Virus record (IMG/VR): IMGVR_UViG_3300049924_000079
Location: 1-61,334 of that record
Source of the DNA: a virus
Lineage: Duplodnaviria > Caudoviricetes
Strand: one strand, 5' to 3'
Length of the DNA: 61,334 nucleotides
This document shows positions 56,310-61,334 of this stretch, in pieces. Each line of letters starts with the position of its first letter. Within the stretch, counting starts at the first letter, position 1. The notes below the pieces were generated by a model that was given only the letters and a program-made list of their open reading frames with translations, ran no database searches and was not told the DNA's origin. The position numbers and the translations under genes were made by a program.

Positions 56310-56789
56310 ATGAAAACGAAACAACCCTATCTCAAAGCTGAGTTCACTACAAACCACAGCGAGGCCACGAACTATAACGGCCCCAAAGAACTCACCGCAT
56401 ACTACAAACTGGTAGACAAGAAAAGCGAGGCCGTTGTAGTGGACTGCCGTATATATGCCGGGCGCAGCGTGAGCGCGTCAGCCGTGTATTGCAGCTTATG
56501 GGTAAAACGCAAACAACCGTGGCCTGACGGTAACACTAGGACGAGCGGCAAAGGTACAGCTACTGGGTACGGGTACGACAAAGCAAGCGCCGCACTAGAG
56601 GCGGCTATCGACAGCGCGGGCATAAAACTGTGGGGCGCTGTCTACGTGCAGCCTGCCGACAAGGCCGTGGATGCACGGGCACTACAAAAAAACCGAGCAC
56701 ATATCGCAGGCACCGGCGCTATGGACGCGGCCTTGTGCGCTATCGCCCACGCCGCAGGCTTCACAGACTGCATCTTTGTACAGGGTTAG
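56310..56789 (+). CDS. Hypothetical early protein
   Basis: AAGGAG RBS; SG.G.A.GYGYDKASAA. Confidence 0.75.
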   Translation: MKTKQPYLKAEFTTNHSEATNYNGPKELTAYYKLVDKKSEAVVVDCRIYAGRSVSASAVYCSLWVKRKQPWPDGNTRTSGKGTATGYGYDKASAALEAAIDSAGIKLWGAVYVQPADKAVDARALQKNRAHIAGTGAMDAALCAIAHAAGFTDCIFVQG

Positions 56790-56824
56790 AACTTCTAACC
56801 AACAATCACCAACAGGAGAATGAA

Positions 56825-57424
56825 ATGACTACACAAATTAAGCAGCGCCACACGGGCGAAGTCCTGTTCGAGGACGCCACCGCGACAAGCACGAGGGAGC
56901 TAGTTGAGCGAGCCGTAGCCGTAGGCGTGAGCCTTGCGGGAGCCAGCCTTCGCGGGTTCCACCTACTCGGAGCCAATCTACGCTGGGCCAACCTACGGTA
57001 CGCGGACTTACAAAATGTATGTATGCGCAGGGCGAAGTTACACAGAGCGAACATGAGCGGAGCCGACCTAAGCGGAGCCGACCTAAGCGGAGCCGACCTA
57101 AGCGAGGGCTTACTAGAGGGCATCGTCTGTATACGCACCAACCTAAGCGGCGCCAACCTACGCAGCGCCCACCTACGCGGTAGCCTTATGGGCTTGGCCA
57201 GTCTAAGCGGGGCTGACCTAAGCGGGGCTGACCTAAGCGCGGCCAACCTAAACGAGGCCGACCTACTTAGAGCTAACCTGAACGGAGCTAGCTTGCGCGG
57301 AGCATGGGCGTTTGCGACAAACCTGAGCGGGGCGGACATGCGTAACGTAAAGCGACACACCGTAGACCTACGCGAAGCGATCCTAAGCGGGGACACGCTG
57401 TTCGACACCCAGCAACCCGGTTAG
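56825..57424 (+). CDS. Pentapeptide-repeat protein 2
   Basis: Same N-terminus as paralogs (MTTQIK..TGEVLFEDATATS); start reassigned to 56825. Confidence 0.9.
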   Translation: MTTQIKQRHTGEVLFEDATATSTRELVERAVAVGVSLAGASLRGFHLLGANLRWANLRYADLQNVCMRRAKLHRANMSGADLSGADLSGADLSEGLLEGIVCIRTNLSGANLRSAHLRGSLMGLASLSGADLSGADLSAANLNEADLLRANLNGASLRGAWAFATNLSGADMRNVKRHTVDLREAILSGDTLFDTQQPG

Positions 57425-57459
57425 AACTTCTAACCAACAACCACCAATAGGAGAATGAG

Positions 57460-57768
57460 ATGACTGACGTAAATAAAACTCAAACAGACAGCAAACTCAA
57501 CTACACCGACCACGACGGCGCGCGCCGCGAAGTACGTGGATGCACCCTAACTGTAGACCACCTTGACCGCCATTGGATATGGAGTGACCAGACGCAAAGC
57601 AACCTAGTCTACAAGACCAAAGGACGCGAGAACGCCCTGCTTGCCGCACTAGATAGCGCGTTGTTCGACATACATCTGAAGGACGCGCGCATCGCGGAAC
57701 TGCAACGCATAGCAGACTTAGCAATGGCTTTTGCCGACGAGATCAAACCAGACGAGGAGACAGCATGA
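57460..57768 (+). CDS. Hypothetical early protein
   Basis: AGGAG RBS. Confidence 0.7.
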   Translation: MTDVNKTQTDSKLNYTDHDGARREVRGCTLTVDHLDRHWIWSDQTQSNLVYKTKGRENALLAALDSALFDIHLKDARIAELQRIADLAMAFADEIKPDEETA

Positions 57769-57872
57769 TGCACCAATTCTACGTATCACGCCACGCCGGG
57801 GGCGTAACTTACCTTTGCCTCCGAGACCCTAATCACCCTTGGTACGGCACGGTAGTGCGGAGGCTATCATGA
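57765..57872 (+). CDS. Possible 35-aa peptide
   Basis: GAGGAG RBS; ATGA overlaps at both ends. Confidence 0.4.
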   Translation: MMHQFYVSRHAGGVTYLCLRDPNHPWYGTVVRRLS

Positions 57873-58087
57873 CTACAGAACGCCGACCGCGCAGTACCCC
57901 GAAGGCGCAGCGCCTGCCCGACGGGAGGTACATACGCTTTAGCTGGAGGTACAACACTTGGCAGGTGCAGGGAGGCCCCCTGCGTGAGTGGCGAAACATT
58001 CGCCCCGAACTAGCCCGATGCTATGCCGCAGCCGGGTTTCCCATAGGCACCCACGGGGTGCGTAACACTTCAACTTTAGGAGAATGA
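57869..58087 (+). CDS. Hypothetical early protein
   Basis: GGAGG RBS before MTTERRP. Confidence 0.6.
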   Translation: MTTERRPRSTPKAQRLPDGRYIRFSWRYNTWQVQGGPLREWRNIRPELARCYAAAGFPIGTHGVRNTSTLGE

Positions 58088-58088
58088 T

Positions 58089-58298
58089 ATGCAATACGAC
58101 TGGCCACTACTACGTGCACAGAAACAGCTTTTGTTGGCGCTGTGTGACCACGCCTGTAGCCCGGAAGAGGCCGAGTTACTAGAAGGCGTGGTGTGTCTAC
58201 TTGACGCGTTACAAGACGCCGCCGTAGACAACGGCGAAGCTACAGAGGAAGCGGTATTCGGCAACACCGCCCATCAACAATCACCAACAGGAGAATGA
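58089..58298 (+). CDS. Hypothetical early protein
   Basis: AGGAG RBS; DWPLLRAQK..LEGVV.LLDALQD.A. Confidence 0.7.
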   Translation: MQYDWPLLRAQKQLLLALCDHACSPEEAELLEGVVCLLDALQDAAVDNGEATEEAVFGNTAHQQSPTGE

Positions 58299-58299
58299 G

Positions 58300-58911
58300 A
58301 TGACCACACAAATTAAACACCGCCTCACGGGCGAAGTCCTGTTCGAGGACGCCACCGCGACAAGCATGCGTGAGCTAGTCGCGCGCGCCGTAGCCGCAGG
58401 CGTGAGCCTAAGCGGAGCCAACCTACGCGGAGCCAGCCTTGCCGGAGCCAAACTACTCGGAGCCGACCTACGCATGGCCGACCTATGCTGGGCCGACCTA
58501 AGCGGAGCCGACCTAAGCGAGACCAACCTAAGCGGAGCCGACCTATGCTGGGCCACCCTAAGCGGGGCCGACCTACGCGGAGCCGACCTACGCGAAGCCG
58601 ACCTAAGCGAGACCAGCCTAAGCGGAGCTGACCTGCACGGGGCCAACCTAACCGCCGCCAACCTAACCGGGGCAGACCTAAGCGAGACCAACCTACGCGG
58701 AGCCGACCTAACCGACGCCAACCTAACCAGCGCCGACCTACGTGGGGCAGACCTACGCGGAGTCAACCTAAGCAGAACTGACATAAGCTGGGCCACCCGA
58801 ACCGACCCCCGCCTAACCGGCGAGGACATATTCGCGGCCATCCTAACCGTGGTTGCCCTAGTCTGGACAGTCCTAATAGGCATCCTTTTGCTCGACGCAT
58901 TTCGCGGTTAG
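58300..58911 (+). CDS. Pentapeptide-repeat protein 3 with C-terminal TM segment
   Basis: Pentapeptide repeats followed by IFAAILTVVALVWTVLIGILLL. Confidence 0.9.
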   Translation: MTTQIKHRLTGEVLFEDATATSMRELVARAVAAGVSLSGANLRGASLAGAKLLGADLRMADLCWADLSGADLSETNLSGADLCWATLSGADLRGADLREADLSETSLSGADLHGANLTAANLTGADLSETNLRGADLTDANLTSADLRGADLRGVNLSRTDISWATRTDPRLTGEDIFAAILTVVALVWTVLIGILLLDAFRG

Positions 58912-58980
58912 AAGATCTAACCCACCCGCCACCAGTCGGTCACTGGTAACACTAACGCCCATAGAGGCAAGGAGATTGAC

Positions 58981-60450
58981 ATGGAAAAAGATGCACGTTT
59001 TCAACTGACATGGAACCTAGGCGCACGCGCCATACGCACCGCCGTAAGCAGGAGTAACGACACCCAGCACAGCTGGTGGGTAGACTTAGCAAACAAGTAC
59101 GCACTGCACCCAGTAGTGGCCCGCATAATCAACGAGGGCGTGCGCCCCTCCGACTGGCAACAACTACTACTAGAGTGGCCGCACGTAAGTACCGAAGACG
59201 CGATGCAGATCGCATACACCCGTGACGAAGTTAAGGGCAAAGCGGATATACAGACACGTACTAGCATTGGCAAGTACCTAAGCAGGCATTGGCCTCACGT
59301 GCCCGACCACGTGCGTAGAGACTGGGCAGGAACTTTTGCCCCCGCGAAGTACGAGATACGCGACACTATGGAAGGCATCATCAGCGGCGTGGAACTCGGG
59401 CCGCGTTCGTGCATGCAGTCGGGGTTCGGCACCATACCTTTCACTAGCGCAGACAAGCAACGACTGGTGCAGTGGCAGACCGACAAGTCCGTAGACGTGT
59501 CTTGGGAAAAGCACCCGTACTCGGTGTACGACCCTGCACTGGGGTGGCGTATGGCTGTGCGCACATCTGTAGACGCCGGCAGTGGCGTAGATGCCCGTGC
59601 GCTTGTGTTTGTAGATGCTACCGACGGTACCAAAGTGTTCGTGCGCAGCTATCAGCGCAACGCGGCAGGCGACCATGCGACATCGGGCAGCGACGAGAAA
59701 CTAGAGACGTGGTTGCGCGACCAAGGGTTCACGAAGGTGGACGAATGGCCGGACGAAACGCCGATGAAGCGCATAGAGAACCCGTATGTCGATGGAGTAA
59801 TGATGCCGTATATCGACGGAGACACACAGACAGTTCGCGAGGAGAACGGGTATATGTACATAGACAGCGGCGGCGATTTGACCTGCACGAACACAGACGG
59901 TAGCGTTGGCGAAAGCGGCATCGGCTCGTGCGCGGACTGCGACGACACAATCCGCGAGTACGACCACTACATATGGGCCGGTAGACACGAAGACCGGCTG
60001 GTGTGTGACTGCTGTGCGCACGAGTACGTCTATGCGTACGGTTCTGTTCGAGGTCGGGGAGCAGGATACTACATACGCTCAGACGACGCGGTGGATGTTA
60101 AGGGGGACTGGTACGACCCGGAGAATCTGCCGGACGGCATAGTGCAGTTGCACGATGGCGATTATGCACACCTAGACGACGTGGTACATATCGACTCGCA
60201 AGGAGAGTACTACTTGGCCGACGGCGAGGACGTGTGCTGCACTGCTGACGGCGAGTGGGAAATGTGCAAAGACTGCGTGGTGTGCGAGGACGGCGAGTGG
60301 CGTCTTGAGGACGACTGTGTGTTATGCGAGGACGGCGAGGTGCGTCTTACGGCAGAATGCGTGTTATGCGAGGACGACGGCGAGTGGTACGAGCGAGGTA
60401 CTGAACCGGAAACTAAACAAATGGAATTGCCACTAGGAGAAACGAAATGA
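58981..60450 (+). CDS. Hypothetical protein with Cys/acidic repeat C-terminus
   Basis: GPRSCM, HPYSVY, ARALV..FVRSY, MPYIDG, CADC..CDCC, repeated C-x-x-CEDGE. Confidence 0.8.
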   Translation: MEKDARFQLTWNLGARAIRTAVSRSNDTQHSWWVDLANKYALHPVVARIINEGVRPSDWQQLLLEWPHVSTEDAMQIAYTRDEVKGKADIQTRTSIGKYLSRHWPHVPDHVRRDWAGTFAPAKYEIRDTMEGIISGVELGPRSCMQSGFGTIPFTSADKQRLVQWQTDKSVDVSWEKHPYSVYDPALGWRMAVRTSVDAGSGVDARALVFVDATDGTKVFVRSYQRNAAGDHATSGSDEKLETWLRDQGFTKVDEWPDETPMKRIENPYVDGVMMPYIDGDTQTVREENGYMYIDSGGDLTCTNTDGSVGESGIGSCADCDDTIREYDHYIWAGRHEDRLVCDCCAHEYVYAYGSVRGRGAGYYIRSDDAVDVKGDWYDPENLPDGIVQLHDGDYAHLDDVVHIDSQGEYYLADGEDVCCTADGEWEMCKDCVVCEDGEWRLEDDCVLCEDGEVRLTAECVLCEDDGEWYERGTEPETKQMELPLGETK

Positions 60451-61334
60451 GCAAAGCAAACATGAAGGCACATACCGAAACAACCAACGCAGCCAGTGCG
60501 CTACCCTTACTAACGGCCAAGGACGTGCCGAACAACACCCTCATGAAGACGTTGTACCATGCCTGTAGCATACGGCGTGCGGCAGGTAGCGTGACCGAAG
60601 GACAGTTTGTAGCGTGGCTTTGTAAGCAACTCCCCGTAACACTTATCGACGAGGCGGGGAACATACACGTAGACACACGTAAAGGGCCGCAGCACCGCAC
60701 TATGTTCACAAGCCATACGGACACGGTGCATCGTGACGGGGGGGACAACCCCATCCGGTTAGACACTTCTAACCCGAAGGCCGTAGTGTGGCGCGCATCC
60801 TCCGGTAGCTGTCTAGGCGCAGACGACGGCGCTGGCGTAGCGCTTATGGTGCACATGATCGAGGCAGGTGTGCCCGGCCTTTTCGTCTTTTTCCGGGGCG
60901 AGGAAGTCGGTGGCGTAGGGTCATCATGGCTAGCGGACAACATGCCGCAAGCACTCGACGGTATCGACAGGTGCGTGAGCCTCGACCGTGCGGGGTACGG
61001 CGACGTGATTACTCATCAAGCGGGGGAGCGATGCTGCTCCGATGCGTTTGCCGACGCACTGGCAGGCGCGCTAACCACCGACGACTTCACCCTAGCCTTC
61101 CTGCCCGACAGCACCGGGGTGTTTACAGACAGCGCCAACCTCACGCGCATAGTAGCTGAATGCACGAACCTGTCCGTTGGGTACGCGGCGCAGCACGGTG
61201 ATGGTGAATGGCAAGACGCCACCTTTCTACAAAGGCTAGCCGAGCGGCTGGTAACGGTGTCATGGGACGCGCTGCCTGTGGAGCGCAAGCTCTTTGAGGT
61301 GGAGAAGAACGGTAAGAAAATGCAGGGCTGGTGG
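60447..61334 (+). CDS. M20/M28-family Zn peptidase-like protein (runs off the window end)
   Basis: SHTDTVH, LGADDGAG, FFRGEEVGGVGS, SLDR, TNLSVGY..QH; AGGAG RBS; open to 61334. Confidence 0.85.
   Translation, partial: MSKANMKAHTETTNAASALPLLTAKDVPNNTLMKTLYHACSIRRAAGSVTEGQFVAWLCKQLPVTLIDEAGNIHVDTRKGPQHRTMFTSHTDTVHRDGGDNPIRLDTSNPKAVVWRASSGSCLGADDGAGVALMVHMIEAGVPGLFVFFRGEEVGGVGSSWLADNMPQALDGIDRCVSLDRAGYGDVITHQAGERCCSDAFADALAGALTTDDFTLAFLPDSTGVFTDSANLTRIVAECTNLSVGYAAQHGDGEWQDATFLQRLAERLVTVSWDALPVERKLFEVEKNGKKMQGWW

Larger units (their letters stand above)
54983..58957 (+). repeat. Intergenic module CCCGCCACCAGTCGGTCACTGG(C/T)AACACTAACG..CAAGGAGA (3 copies)
   Basis: Copies at 54983, 56255 and 58925; 56231-56287 and 58901-58957 are identical over 57 nt. 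Confidence 0.92.
53304..60774. repeat. Dispersed 17-bp palindrome GGTTAGA-N3-TCTAACC (8 exact-arm copies plus 1 with an N4 spacer)
   Basis: 53304, 53731, 54954, 55579, 56236, 56784, 57419, 58906; N4 variant at 60757. Confidence 0.95.

Noticed and set aside
55821-58883. Minus-strand ORFs with RSAPL/RSAPR repeats
   Set aside because: Reverse complements of the pentapeptide-repeat genes
53304-58922. CRISPR array or integron interpretation of the palindromes
   Set aside because: Spacing is irregular and gene-sized, with no cas operon; arm order is the reverse of attC and no integrase is visible
1-61334. Stop-codon reassignment
   Set aside because: Core genes are full length under the standard code, and TAG, TGA and TAA all end genes at coupled junctions

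Overview
The window is essentially a whole, or nearly whole, tailed dsDNA phage genome of podovirus-type architecture. Rz/Rz1 spanins point to a Gram-negative host, and no integrase or RNA polymerase is recognisable. The + strand carries early/accessory genes (52.4-61.3 kb, continuing at 1-3.9 kb) and the replication module (family A DNA polymerase, PD-(D/E)XK exonuclease, HNH, SNF2 helicase, SSB-like protein, HTH, primase-helicase; 3.9-15.9 kb). The - strand carries one long morphogenesis operon (terS, terL, portal, GroES, scaffold, capsid, tail, lysis cassette, ejection proteins including a 2738-aa polyvalent protein; 52.0-15.9 kb). The most striking element is a 304-aa intein in the DNA polymerase whose homing endonuclease is not in the intein frame. 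A complete HNH endonuclease ORF with its own Shine-Dalgarno lies in the +1 frame, exactly between splicing blocks B and F, while the intein frame stays open across it. Other notable signals: an array of 17-bp palindromes (GGTTAGA-N3-TCTAACC) that supply stop codons and delimit early-gene cassettes; three paralogous pentapeptide-repeat genes; a candidate anti-Shine-Dalgarno small RNA matching the RBSs of replication genes; a pseudoknotted RNA element over an RBS; a fossil GIY-YIG insertion with a duplicated terS 3' end; a recurrent xxxGG motif in virion proteins; and apparent CCWGG avoidance. All product calls come from reading motifs by eye; no database search was run.
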